NCBI GenBank assembly: GCA_963663405.2
Contig: CAXXSM010000109.1
Location: 8,632-72,631, forward strand
Length of the DNA stretch: 64,000 bases
Direction of reading: 5' to 3'
From: a bacterium
GTDB lineage: Bacteria; Hinthialibacterota; Hinthialibacteria; Hinthialibacterales; Hinthialibacteraceae
The translations under genes and the position numbers were made by a program. Position 1 is the first letter of the stretch, and each line of letters begins with the position of its first letter. The notes under the pieces were generated by a model. That model had not been told where the DNA came from, did no database searches, and saw only the letters and a list, made by a program, of their open reading frames with translations. Positions 1 to 10,027 of this stretch are shown in pieces.

Positions 1-861
1 ATATTTTGGATTCGTAGTGTAAAGAAAAGAGAACACAAAAATGGGCAGCAGGCTCAACACCCAGCCCGACAAGCGGCCCTCTGCTGTAAGCGCTTTCACT
101 TGTCCAAGAATCTTAAACCGTTCGCGAATTACGCGGGATAAGTTGTCCAACACTTCCGCCAAATCGCCACCGGTCTGATTGTGGATTAAAATCGAGATCA
201 CGAAAAACCGTAAATCCAACAACGGCACCCGATGAGCCAGCTGGCGGAGAGAATCTTCGAGTGGCAGCCCCATCTGTTGTTCACTCGACACGCGGCCGAA
301 TTCCGGACCGATCGGATCGGGCATCTCGGTGGAGACCAAGTGCATCCCCATCTGAAGAGGATGCCCGGCGCGCAGTGATCGGCTGATGATTTCAAGCGAT
401 TGCGCGAGATGAGTTTCAAACATTTGAATTCGCTGTTTACGCGCAAAAATAAGATAGAGATACGGCGCCAGTAAAGCAACGACGAAAACAATAATCGTAA
501 TCAAAAGTTGATGCAAAAAAAACCAGGAAACCGCCGTTAAAACGCTGGACATAACCACAGTCGCGATCCCCCATTTGCCAACATCAATACTCATACCGGC
601 CTGTTCAAAGAGAAGCGGGAGATTCAACAACGGCGGAAAATCCGAAAAGAATTCATACTGCTCCCAATTCCGTTCGGTTTTCAACAAAGCGAGATCTGAA
701 TTGGTGAATCCACTCTTCGGCGAGGTTTGACGCATGGTCTCAAAACGCTTCTTCACGACAGCCTTTTCTGATTTTATCAGGCTGTAGACGAAAAAGGCCA
801 CACCGAGAATACAAACGATCGTCCCTAAAAAGACGATTATGATGATGTAGGTGTCCGTCAT
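1..861 (-). CDS. tadB: Tad pilus inner-membrane platform protein TadB (T2SSF family), truncated by window edge
   Basis: Manual translation from ATG 861 (overlapping the cpaF stop, ATGA) stays open to base 1: [13 protein letters not shown]...[10 protein letters not shown]...[38 protein letters not shown], a typical TadB motif. Confidence 0.9.
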   Translation of the reverse strand, partial: MTDTYIIIIVFLGTIVCILGVAFFVYSLIKSEKAVVKKRFETMRQTSPKSGFTNSDLALLKTERNWEQYEFFSDFPPLLNLPLLFEQAGMSIDVGKWGIATVVMSSVLTAVSWFFLHQLLITIIVFVVALLAPYLYLIFARKQRIQMFETHLAQSLEIISRSLRAGHPLQMGMHLVSTEMPDPIGPEFGRVSSEQQMGLPLEDSLRQLAHRVPLLDLRFFVISILIHNQTGGDLAEVLDNLSRVIRERFKILGQVKALTAEGRLSGWVLSLLPIFVFSFLYTTNPKY

Positions 862-2225
862 GATTTTTCTCCTACACGCATTTTGACGCCAGGCCGGAAC
901 AGGTCGGGAGAAAGCCGGATCCCCGCGGATTCAATCCGGGTTAGACACCGCGGACGAATACCGGCGGAAATAAACGCGCCATGAACCCTCCCATCCGAAT
1001 CGACGTCTTCCTGTTTAAACTGAAAGATTTCTTGCATGGTGATGATATCCCCTTCCATGCCGACAATCTCACTGATGGAAATCACACGCCGCGTACCGTC
1101 CATCAAACGGTTCGCCTGCACGATGATGTTGATCGCGGAACTGATCTGTTGACGAATGACACGCATTGGCAAATCAAATCCGCTCATGGTGACCATCGTC
1201 TCAATCCGGCTGATCGCGTCACGTGGCGTATTGGCGTGAATCGTCGTCAACGAACCTTCGTGCCCTGTGTTCATGGCCTGCAGCATATCCAGCGCCTCCG
1301 CTCCACGCACCTCGCCGAGGATAATCCGGTCCGGACGCATACGCAGGGAGTTGAAGAGAAGATCCCGCTGTGTGATGGCCCCGCTGCCTTCAATATTGGG
1401 GGGACGGGTTTCCAGACGAACAACATGGGGCTGCTGTAGAATCAATTCCGCCGAATCTTCAATGGTGATGATACGTTCGGCGGGGGGAATGAAAGAGGTT
1501 AAAATATTAAGCAGTGTCGTTTTACCTGATCCAGTTCCACCGGAGATAATCACGTTCAATTTGGCGCGCACTGCGCCCTCCAGCAATTCCACCATTTCCG
1601 GAATCAATGCCCCGAAATCCAAAAGATCATCTAGTTTTAATGGATTGACGCCGAAACGCCGAATCGACAAGGTGGGGCCATTTAATGAAAGAGGAGGAAT
1701 AATCGCATTCACACGGGAACCGTCCGGAAGACGGGCGTCGACCATTGGCATTGTCTCATCAATCCGGCGCCCGATCCGGGACACAATCCGGTCGATAATC
1801 TGAAGCAGATGCCGGTCATCTCGAAAACGAGACTCGACTTTCTGCAATCGCCCCTTCTTTTCCACGTAAATTTCTTTGTAACTGTTAACAAGAATATCCG
1901 AGACTTCCAGGTCTTTTAAAATCGGCTCCAAAGGCCCAAATCCAAATATTTCGTCAAGAATCTCCTCAACGATATCCATCCGTTCCTGCGCATTCAATGG
2001 GATTTGCTGCGCAGCGATCATTTTCATGATCTCCGGCCTTACATGCTGCTTCGCCTCTTCTTTGTTATCATCCGTAATTCTCGCTAAATCGAGCCTCTCA
2101 ATCAACCGCCGGTGAATCTCAATCTTAATTTCCTGCAGACGGGCGTTACGATCCACGCCACGGGCAGAGGCGGCTGACCGCGGAGATACGGTTGATGCAT
2201 GCGGGGAACTCGGCGATGCGCTCAT
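858..2225 (-). CDS. cpaF: Tad pilus assembly ATPase CpaF/TadA
   Basis: Walker [42 protein letters not shown]. Confidence 0.97.
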   Translation of the reverse strand: MSASPSSPHASTVSPRSAASARGVDRNARLQEIKIEIHRRLIERLDLARITDDNKEEAKQHVRPEIMKMIAAQQIPLNAQERMDIVEEILDEIFGFGPLEPILKDLEVSDILVNSYKEIYVEKKGRLQKVESRFRDDRHLLQIIDRIVSRIGRRIDETMPMVDARLPDGSRVNAIIPPLSLNGPTLSIRRFGVNPLKLDDLLDFGALIPEMVELLEGAVRAKLNVIISGGTGSGKTTLLNILTSFIPPAERIITIEDSAELILQQPHVVRLETRPPNIEGSGAITQRDLLFNSLRMRPDRIILGEVRGAEALDMLQAMNTGHEGSLTTIHANTPRDAISRIETMVTMSGFDLPMRVIRQQISSAINIIVQANRLMDGTRRVISISEIVGMEGDIITMQEIFQFKQEDVDSDGRVHGAFISAGIRPRCLTRIESAGIRLSPDLFRPGVKMRVGEKS

Positions 2226-2241
2226 AGGATTTCTTTCCCTC

Positions 2242-3480
2242 TCAACTTTGACTCGTCATTTCGACCAATGGCACGTCCTTAAACAAAACTCGTTGATTTG
2301 ACGATTCCGCTTTTTGCAATGAATTTTTATTAGGTTTCTGTGACGATAACGCATCCGCGAAACGCACGATATCTTTCGTCGCTTTGCCCCGCCGGGACAC
2401 ATCCTGCAGGGGCCGCCCTTGATTAATCGCCGATTGTACAGCGCTTCGATCGTCACGTATCGTAATCAGTTGATTTCGATCTAATGCGCGGGTGATATGC
2501 CCTAAAGTCACGGAAGCGCTCTTCGAAAACGCGTTGACGACAACAAGTAAATTGTCAAACTCAATACCACTCTCACTTAAACGCCGGAGTTTATGTGTAG
2601 CGAGTATAACGGATGGGATCTCCTGGGTTGTGATTAATATCATATCGGTGATATACGGAAACAGGATCGAAGCGGAATCATAATCATGACCGATATCAAG
2701 AATCACATTATCAAACCGTTTTCGCAGACTATCCAAAACTCTGCAAATGATCTGCTCGTCATATAAATAAGGCTGTCCGTCCTGAGGCTGAAGCAGAAGC
2801 CGCAATCCATTCTTGTGCTGCGAGGTCACACTATCGATTAACGTATCATCGATCCGCTCATTCGTCTCGCAGAGTTCTCGAAATGAAAACGCCGGCTGTA
2901 AATCCCAAAAGACGGATAGATCCCCCTGACCAAAATGATAATCCACAAGAATGGTTGAGTCGTTTTTATAGAGGGCGTACGCCACATTACAGGCGAGCGT
3001 CGTCACTCCACACCCTCCCCGGCTGCCCCAAAAAGCGATGACCCGGCCCGTTTCCTCCACTTCGGGCGTTTTCTCTACGACACGGGTTTTCAACCGCGAA
3101 AACACATCCTGGACTTCTTCCAACTCCAGTGGCTTCACGAGAAATTCGTCCGCCCCAGAGCGGAAACAGCGCAATATGAGATCGGGATCTTCATCCGCGC
3201 TGAGAGCGACGATCCGCGCTGGACATTCACTCGAACGAATTTTATCTATTAAATGTAAATTCTCTTCATCGATGGAAAGGAAAACGAAATCGGGTTGATG
3301 CCGATCCACCAAGGATGACGCCAGCGAATAGGACGTCGTCTCAGCGGCGATTTCTACAAGATCCGTAGCCTGTAGTGTGGATGTATTGCATACCAATTCG
3401 TCGTGATCGCGATCCACTACGACCACACGAATCCGGGAAGTTTTTGAACTCATTCCGTCAGTCGATTGAAAAGCAGCCAT
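2242..3480 (-). CDS. cpaE: CpaE/TadZ: receiver-like domain plus MinD/ParA-like domain
   Basis: N-terminal REC-like domain (GADEFLVKP), deviant P-loop [11 protein letters not shown]-terminal AINQGRPL; directly upstream of cpaF. Confidence 0.88.
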   Translation of the reverse strand: MAAFQSTDGMSSKTSRIRVVVVDRDHDELVCNTSTLQATDLVEIAAETTSYSLASSLVDRHQPDFVFLSIDEENLHLIDKIRSSECPARIVALSADEDPDLILRCFRSGADEFLVKPLELEEVQDVFSRLKTRVVEKTPEVEETGRVIAFWGSRGGCGVTTLACNVAYALYKNDSTILVDYHFGQGDLSVFWDLQPAFSFRELCETNERIDDTLIDSVTSQHKNGLRLLLQPQDGQPYLYDEQIICRVLDSLRKRFDNVILDIGHDYDSASILFPYITDMILITTQEIPSVILATHKLRRLSESGIEFDNLLVVVNAFSKSASVTLGHITRALDRNQLITIRDDRSAVQSAINQGRPLQDVSRRGKATKDIVRFADALSSQKPNKNSLQKAESSNQRVLFKDVPLVEMTSQS

Positions 3481-3543
3481 TCATTTGTCCTTCACAAAAA
3501 CACAGATAACATGATTACTTCATTATATCATTGTACAGCCATT

Positions 3544-4242
3544 TTACGATCCTTCTTCTTCCAGCCTGAGCCGCTTTCCTTTTAGGCAAACGGTTTTCCA
3601 GGATTCGTACGCCGCTGTATATATTGAACCACAGACTGCCTTTTCTTTCAACAATTTCCAGAAAGGAATACTGACACCCCGGCAACTTCGATTTGGATCC
3701 TCCTCATGTTTATCGGATAGTAACAGAAAATCACCCGCCAAACGAGCGCCAAGATCCTCCATGAAAGCCGGCGCGTAACACTGATCAAGATAAATCAAAC
3801 AAGGCCCGTTTCCCAAAAGGGGCGCTAACCACTGCGGAGTCAGTGGACGATCCCGCAGCATGACCGATGGACGGCCTTGAGGGCTCGATCGGCTAATCAA
3901 CAGACTGCCATGTCCGGTGATGTATAAAAGTCCCAACCGGCCGCCTTTTTTCTGGATGCGTTCCAACGCGTCCGATACGTCTTGAATAGTGGGAACCGGT
4001 TCCTCCTGCCCCAGCGCGATGATCTCATCGAAAGCAAACGGTTTCAGCGCGTCAACCGCCGTTTTGATATTGGCCTGGTGCCGCTCCGCTGGATCGTTGT
4101 TGATTAACAACGCGCAAAGAGCGGGATGGGTGGAATCGGCCGATTCCCTATCCAGTTCCTGTCCCGCCGAACAAAGCGGGACAGAAAGAGATAGACCAAC
4201 CAAATAAACTAGAATCAAACGGCGCCGCTGAAATCGCCTCAT
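3544..4242 (-). CDS. Secreted protein with caspase/hemoglobinase-fold motifs (clan CD-like peptidase)
   Basis: Signal peptide (MRRFQRRRLILVYLVGLSLSVPLCSA), LLYITGHGS and LIYLDQCYA motifs. Confidence 0.6.
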   Translation of the reverse strand: MRRFQRRRLILVYLVGLSLSVPLCSAGQELDRESADSTHPALCALLINNDPAERHQANIKTAVDALKPFAFDEIIALGQEEPVPTIQDVSDALERIQKKGGRLGLLYITGHGSLLISRSSPQGRPSVMLRDRPLTPQWLAPLLGNGPCLIYLDQCYAPAFMEDLGARLAGDFLLLSDKHEEDPNRSCRGVSIPFWKLLKEKAVCGSIYTAAYESWKTVCLKGKRLRLEEEGS

Positions 4243-4260
4243 ATATACCTATTTTGTTAA

Positions 4261-5550
4261 TTATCTCGTTAATGAAAGACTATAAATCGTTTCGGAATTG
4301 GGCATATCCGGATTGATAATCGCTGTTTCCGTCGTGATCTGCGCTGGCTGCAGCACAAAATATCTCTGCGTTTCGTCACTCGGCCATTGCGAATCACACA
4401 CCGTCACCGCTTTAAATTCCGTGATTTCATGGTATTCATATATCCCACAGCAAGTTTCTGGCAAACTAAACGCCTTTCCCTTCAATAAACCACTCAGATC
4501 ATCCAGTGGATACGCGCAGGCGGTCGGTGGCGATGAGCCAATACTCAACGTTTCAAACAATGAGACGATGCGCGTTTCCCCTTTGATATATCGAAGCGCG
4601 GAATGCCAGGAACTGGACATCCAATGCTCGCCTGGAAGCCATTTATAAAAGCCACCCTCTCCATCTTCCATGAGTTTCAGTCCACTTACGGCGTCGAGAT
4701 CGGTTTCATTCATACCGTTGTATATTTGGTTCCTTACATACGTGGTGCCAACTACGGCGGCGACAAAACTGGTGCGGCAATTTCCCGTCTGACCGGGAAT
4801 CCCCTCATCCGGTTTAAACATTGCGGCGTAAATTTCCGGGATTCCGTCCGATCCATACGATACCACACCATCTTCCACCCGGTAATTATCCCAGCTGGTC
4901 ATGCCATCGGGTGGTGGAGAATGCCGTTGGTCATACCACGTGTCTTTCCAAATCGTGAAAGGAAGCATCGGAAGACTTTCACCGTCATTGACACTGAATC
5001 CTACGATCCGGTCATCGAGTGTCGCCGTGGCGCGAGTCGTCACTTCCACATCGTTCGAACCGGTAATCGCTCCGAGAAACAAGCCCAATGGGCCATTGAT
5101 CTCTTGCGACAATTTCGTTTCTACTTGCACTGAATTGTATTTAGGTATACTGTCGATTTCTAATACGGAAGATTGATTGGTCGGATCGGCGAGATACCCC
5201 ACCACGATATCGCCGTCGATATTGTTTGCTTCGTTTGGATCGATCGTGATAGACCGGCTCGTTACGGTTTGATATTCAACGTATTGCCTGGAGTATTCAC
5301 GCGAAATGGGAATATCATCGCTTTGATCGGGTGTCCCATACAAAGCGTCTTTGTCCCGCAGCAACGCGGCGCCGGCCAGCGCAGAGGAATCAGAGGTATG
5401 TTGCAATTGCCCTTCCGCCACAACAATCCAACCAATGTCGACCGATAAAGCGACAAGCAGCATCAACAACGTGATACTCACTGAAATTAAAACAAGTATA
5501 GCCCCTCTTTCATGCCCTCTCGATGTTATCGCAGTGATGTTTTTATCCAT
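4261..5550 (-). CDS. tadG: TadG-like pilus assembly/tip protein
   Basis: ERGAILVL..LVALSVDIG...LQHTSDSSALAGA Tad N-terminal motif; located in Tad locus. Confidence 0.8.
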   Translation of the reverse strand: MDKNITAITSRGHERGAILVLISVSITLLMLLVALSVDIGWIVVAEGQLQHTSDSSALAGAALLRDKDALYGTPDQSDDIPISREYSRQYVEYQTVTSRSITIDPNEANNIDGDIVVGYLADPTNQSSVLEIDSIPKYNSVQVETKLSQEINGPLGLFLGAITGSNDVEVTTRATATLDDRIVGFSVNDGESLPMLPFTIWKDTWYDQRHSPPPDGMTSWDNYRVEDGVVSYGSDGIPEIYAAMFKPDEGIPGQTGNCRTSFVAAVVGTTYVRNQIYNGMNETDLDAVSGLKLMEDGEGGFYKWLPGEHWMSSSWHSALRYIKGETRIVSLFETLSIGSSPPTACAYPLDDLSGLLKGKAFSLPETCCGIYEYHEITEFKAVTVCDSQWPSDETQRYFVLQPAQITTETAIINPDMPNSETIYSLSLTR

Positions 5551-5567
5551 GATTCGGTCCTGCCTTG

Positions 5568-6965
5568 TTATTCATTAGTAATCCCTTTGCCGGAAATGAT
5601 TTCACTTTCACTGATCGCAGGCGCCGCGATCGGATTCGCCATGGAAGTGTCCTCCACCAAAGGGTCCTTTTTAGAAAAGAAACTCGGTTCCGGATCTTCA
5701 ACGGGTTCTGGAACCTCGTATTGATCCCCATTCATCAAGGAAGAGACGAGATGGGGGGTTACCATAATGAGCAGTTCGGTTTCTTCTTCAGAAATTTCTT
5801 TCCCGCTGAAGAGAGTGCCGATTACGGGGATATCCCCAAAACCGGGCACTTTCCGGCGAGTATGTTGTTTCGTATTCTTCAAAAGCCCTGCGATCGCAAA
5901 CGTTTGCCCATCCTGCAACTGCACAACCGTTTTCGCCCGCCGGGTAAGGATCGTTGGCACGGAATGTCCACTGATCTGAAGGCCAGAAGAAAAATCGAGA
6001 TCACTCACTTCTGGCGCGATATCCAAGTTGATCATATCATTTCCCAACACGGTCGGCGTAAATTCAAGCCGCACACCAAATTCTTTATATTCAATAGAGA
6101 CCGCATTCGATAAACCACCTTGCACAACCGGGATGGGAAACTCACCGCCCGCAAGGAAATTGGCTGTTTCGCCACTCCGCGCAATTAAATTTGGTTGCGC
6201 AAGAATATGCAGCATACCTTTCGATTCCATCATCTGGAGAAATCCGGTTACATCACTGTTGGGGATTCCAAAGAAGAGCGTAACCACATCCGCCATCTCC
6301 AGTTCACCTCCGGGCCCCCAATCTCCTGACGCTAAACCTCCAAGTTTGGATCCACCGATGAAATTGTCTTTATGGAGAACCCAATTCGTACCAAATTCAT
6401 TCCGGAATGAGGTGGCGACTTCCGCGATCTTCACTTTCAACAACACTTGGTGAACTCCAGGAACCTTCAACAGATTGACGATCATCGGAGAATAAGTTTT
6501 CGCTATTTCCAACGCTTTATCGAGCGCTTCGAGCGAACTCAATTCCCCTTTGAGCGCGACACCTGTTTCCAAGGAAAGCACTTCAATCGCCTCATCCGGA
6601 AGTGTGATCTTCAAAATATCCTTGATCGCTTGTGTATTCCAACGGACTTTTAAATCATGAGTCCGTGTCTTACCGTCTTCGGTCCAGATAACAAGGCTGG
6701 TTTCCCCTACACTGGAGCCGGTGATCAGAATCTGTTTGGGATCGATAATCTGCACGTCCGCAATCTCCGGCGCGACAACCGAGACACGCTCTGCGCTTGT
6801 TTTTAATTTCACCAATACAGATTTGTTAACTACAATTTCAAGCGTTTCTTCACTAGGCGACAGCAGATCGATGGTTGGAATCCCACATATGGGTAACGAT
6901 CCAATCCACTGCATACAAAAAACAAGTATCAAGAAAACGAGTTTGAGACGAACGGTTGCCTGCAT
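5568..6965 (-). CDS. cpaC: Tad secretin CpaC/RcpA
   Basis: QVLLKVKIAEV, FLAGGEFPIP, EYKEFGVRLEFTP, KVPGFGDIPVIGTLF, ELLIMVTPHLV. Confidence 0.95.
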   Translation of the reverse strand: MQATVRLKLVFLILVFCMQWIGSLPICGIPTIDLLSPSEETLEIVVNKSVLVKLKTSAERVSVVAPEIADVQIIDPKQILITGSSVGETSLVIWTEDGKTRTHDLKVRWNTQAIKDILKITLPDEAIEVLSLETGVALKGELSSLEALDKALEIAKTYSPMIVNLLKVPGVHQVLLKVKIAEVATSFRNEFGTNWVLHKDNFIGGSKLGGLASGDWGPGGELEMADVVTLFFGIPNSDVTGFLQMMESKGMLHILAQPNLIARSGETANFLAGGEFPIPVVQGGLSNAVSIEYKEFGVRLEFTPTVLGNDMINLDIAPEVSDLDFSSGLQISGHSVPTILTRRAKTVVQLQDGQTFAIAGLLKNTKQHTRRKVPGFGDIPVIGTLFSGKEISEEETELLIMVTPHLVSSLMNGDQYEVPEPVEDPEPSFFSKKDPLVEDTSMANPIAAPAISESEIISGKGITNE

Positions 6966-7125
6966 TTCTTATTCTCCACAATATATAATCGCCAGCATAA
7001 ACTTTCATGCATGCGTCATAAGCAATTGTAACATTACTCATTCGATTGCTCCGTTCCCTCAACAGTAACGTCTTCTCAACATAACAAAAAATCAGCAAAA
7101 CAAATAGAGGTTTTTTCATTCGATA

Positions 7126-7998
7126 TTAAGATTTATCAACAAATGTCTTAACGGTTATCGTACCACCTTGATCAAGCACAACCGTCCGCATAGGAACGGG
7201 TGTTGGGGTGGGGAGAATAGGCGCCGGTTCGGGCTCAGTGAAAAGTACCGGTTCGGGGGGGTCCAATCCCTGATGCACATTGGGGATCAGGCTGGTTAGT
7301 CTGGCGCCTTCCGTGGTTTCTTCCACTTTATCCGTGTGATTCCGCAGCACCAACAACACTGTGCCCGCGTTCGACGCCAGGGCCAGACGCTCCGCCTGCT
7401 CCAACGTCACCAGCACCGTCACCGTCGGCACCACCTTCGCCCGGTTCTCATCCTTCCGCTCGATCTCCTTGCCCGTCGCGATGACCCGGATGTTCTGCAA
7501 GATCACCTTGCTGATCGTCTCCCGGCCTGCCCCGTCATAATCAATATCGACGGTTGTAACAATATCTATATAGTGCCCGGGCCGAATAAATCCCGCCACG
7601 CTGATCGTCTCATCCACCCGCACCGTAAACGCCCGCTGCTTGTCGGGGATCAACGCGGGCAATCCACCGGCTGAACCCGGTTCCACCAGCCGCTTCTCGA
7701 CAATCACTTCATCCTTATAGATCGCCGACTTCACCATCCGGCCCACGACCTCATTTTTGTTCTTGATCGCGCCGGGAGGCGCCGCTTCCGCAACCCGTTC
7801 GACCAGGTCGATATGCTCCGACCGAATCGTCGTGCCCGCGGGGATCTCCTCTTTCGCGATCACCAACGCCGTCATGGGAACGGCGGCGGCCGTTTCGGTC
7901 TTCTTCTGTTGCTGCATGTACTTCACAACCGCGGCGCTGGCGAACAACCCCGACAACACCGCGATGGCGAGAACGAGAAACGCGGCTGCTTTCGACAT
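7126..7998 (-). CDS. cpaB: Flp pilus assembly protein CpaB/RcpC (SAF domain)
   Basis: N-terminal TM, SAF domain, RAFTVRVDETISVAGFIRPGHYIDI, VTVLVTLEQAERLALA. Confidence 0.93.
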   Translation of the reverse strand: MSKAAAFLVLAIAVLSGLFASAAVVKYMQQQKKTETAAAVPMTALVIAKEEIPAGTTIRSEHIDLVERVAEAAPPGAIKNKNEVVGRMVKSAIYKDEVIVEKRLVEPGSAGGLPALIPDKQRAFTVRVDETISVAGFIRPGHYIDIVTTVDIDYDGAGRETISKVILQNIRVIATGKEIERKDENRAKVVPTVTVLVTLEQAERLALASNAGTVLLVLRNHTDKVEETTEGARLTSLIPNVHQGLDPPEPVLFTEPEPAPILPTPTPVPMRTVVLDQGGTITVKTFVDKS

Positions 7999-8093
7999 CT
8001 TTCAAACACTCCTTTGTCCGATTAACATTCCTTTGTCTTCCAAAAGGGGCGTCTCCTTCCCGGACCGCCGGGAGGAAACAACCCCGATGTGTG

Positions 8094-8519
8094 TCATCCA
8101 AACCCTTCCTTGCGCATGACCACCACACCCTCCAGCGTCATCCCGTCCAGCCCCGGAAAGAACCCGGGCACCCAGGCGATGGAACTGTAATTGATCCGCA
8201 GACTGATCGTCACCGGATCGTTCCGCTCCGCGTCGCTGATGTCCGACGGGGTGAAGACGTAACTGTCCACGGTCAGGCCCGCGCCGGACAGTTCCTGGTT
8301 GATCTTGGCCAACACCATGTCGTTATCCGTGCCGGGCAGCGCCGCCACGCGCGCGCCCTCCCGCGCCGCCGAATTCAGTATGTGCACCACCATCATCACC
8401 CGCCCGAATTCGAGAATCCCAAAAAGGATCAGCAGCAGCAAAGGAAGAACGACAGCGAATTCCACTGTCGCGACGCCCCGTTCGGATGGGGAAGGTTGAA
8501 ATCTTCGTCCGATCCTCAT
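8094..8519 (-). CDS. tadE: TadE-like minor pilin
   Basis: ERGVATVEFAVVLPLLLLILFGILEFG...AAREGAR motif; ATG at 8519 just after the cpaA stop. Confidence 0.9.
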   Translation of the reverse strand: MRIGRRFQPSPSERGVATVEFAVVLPLLLLILFGILEFGRVMMVVHILNSAAREGARVAALPGTDNDMVLAKINQELSGAGLTVDSYVFTPSDISDAERNDPVTISLRINYSSIAWVPGFFPGLDGMTLEGVVVMRKEGFG

Positions 8520-8520
8520 C

Positions 8521-9045
8521 TTAGATAAGACCTCCGAATAAAAAGTACGCGTAGAAGCCAAACGCGATCGGCACGCCATAGGGAAGCAGGATTTTCTTCG
8601 GCGCGCTGGCGCCCATCCCGGCGTCGAGTGAACTCATCGACATCATATTCTTCCCCGCACAGAGCAGAACACTCACCCGGTCCACCACTTCACGGCTGCG
8701 CAGGATCGAATAGGCGCCCATCGCGCCGCCAATCAGAACGATCCACAAAAACGCCTGCCAAGTCACCGCCGCGCCGACCCAGGCGCCCACGGAGGCCATC
8801 AGTTTGACGTCTCCCGCGCCCATGCCTTTCAACGCGTACGGGATGATGAGAGTGGAGAAACCGACCACCGTTCCGAGCAGGCTGGCGCCCAAACCGCTCC
8901 ATCCGTTCAGCAGGGTGTGAAACAGTACGCCAAAAATCCAGGCGGACAGTGTCAACCAATTGGGCACACGATGATCTTTCCAGTCGATATACGCCGCGAC
9001 AGCCAAGATTCCCATGGCGGCTCCGGTAGTGGTTTCAATGTTCAT
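8521..9045 (-). CDS. cpaA: Prepilin peptidase CpaA/TadV (A24)
   Basis: AAYIDWKDHRVPN, GMGAGDVKLM, LPYGVPIA. Confidence 0.93.
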   Translation of the reverse strand: MNIETTTGAAMGILAVAAYIDWKDHRVPNWLTLSAWIFGVLFHTLLNGWSGLGASLLGTVVGFSTLIIPYALKGMGAGDVKLMASVGAWVGAAVTWQAFLWIVLIGGAMGAYSILRSREVVDRVSVLLCAGKNMMSMSSLDAGMGASAPKKILLPYGVPIAFGFYAYFLFGGLI

Positions 9046-9150
9046 GATTGGTTCCTGCTCTTATCCGTATTATTCTAAAAAAGTTTCTATTATGATCTAT
9101 TTTATTCCACAAACATTCAAAAATTAAATCGATAGGGCTTAGAAATAGAA

Positions 9151-9220
9151 GGGGGAGAGTTACATCGGAGAACGTCTTTTCATCAAAGATTGCTAGTGAC
9201 CGTCCCGGTAACTCTCCCCC
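9151..9220. promoter_or_regulatory. Long stem-loop between flp and cpaA (mRNA stabiliser or attenuator candidate)
   Basis: Perfect 13-bp inverted repeat gggggagagttac (9151-9163) / gtaactctccccc (9208-9220). Confidence 0.55.
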
Positions 9221-9254
9221 ATCCCTGCGTTTAGGTTGTATGGGGATGAATCAA

Positions 9255-9440
9255 TCAACCACCGACTTCAGGCAGAGCGTCTCTGGCTTCGGTGAAGACA
9301 CCTTCGACTCGTTCGCCGAGTTGCGTAACGATTGTGATACAGGCGACGATAATCAGGGCGAGAAGAACGGCGTATTCAACGGCTGTGGGACCATCTTCAC
9401 TTGTAAAGAATTGTTTCACTGCGTTCAAGGCTGTTTTCAT
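9255..9440 (-). CDS. flp: Flp family type IVb major pilin
   Basis: SEDG|PTAVEYAVLLALIIVACI Flp motif, 61 aa, GGAGG RBS. Confidence 0.95.
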   Translation of the reverse strand: MKTALNAVKQFFTSEDGPTAVEYAVLLALIIVACITIVTQLGERVEGVFTEARDALPEVGG

Positions 9441-9479
9441 GATACTTCCTCCGAGAAAAAGTTTTTTAGGATGATTCTT

Positions 9480-10020
9480 ACTTCAATAAGTAAGATAAAT
9501 GAACTCTGTTTTTTTTGATACTTTTTGGTTTGAATTAATATCAAAATTTTTATTTATGTAAATTTATATTGATAATTAATTCCGTATTAATCAAGAAAAT
9601 TGAAGATCAGAAAATTTCAAAAAACACATTCAGTTTGTTTCTTTGAATCCATAAACTCTCAATGCTTACAACGACTAGTAAAGCGCGCAATGACAAAATG
9701 TCAATAAATTTTTCATAAAAAATCCGGAAAAAGGAAATGATGAAAGAAATCAACCTTTAGACGGGGAGAAACGATTGAAAAATAAAATTAAGTAAATCAT
9801 TTATTTAATTAAACTTATAAATAAATATCCATGATCAACATTAAAAATACCCTCTGAAAAAACATTGGAAAGATATCTATAATTCATTCAGATTTTCTTT
9901 AAAAATATATAAATTTTTATAGACTTTTTTGCTATGTTGGAGGGATATTAGCATTACTAGAACAGGTAAAGTGAGTGGAAAGTATATTGTAAACTTGCTG
10001 AAAACCAAATTATAAGAAGG
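9480..10020. promoter_or_regulatory. Very AT-rich intergenic region, probable flp/tad promoter region
   Basis: About 540 bp with long A/T tracts and no ORF, directly upstream of flp. Confidence 0.5.
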
Positions 10021-10027
10021 TGGATTT

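Noticed and set aside
198-491. 97-aa ORF and the many antisense or overlapping ORFs in the track
   Set aside because: Out-of-frame or shadow ORFs of well-supported genes (here tadB).
2242-3480. Degenerate Walker A in CpaE as a novelty
   Set aside because: Deviant P-loops are normal for CpaE/TadZ.
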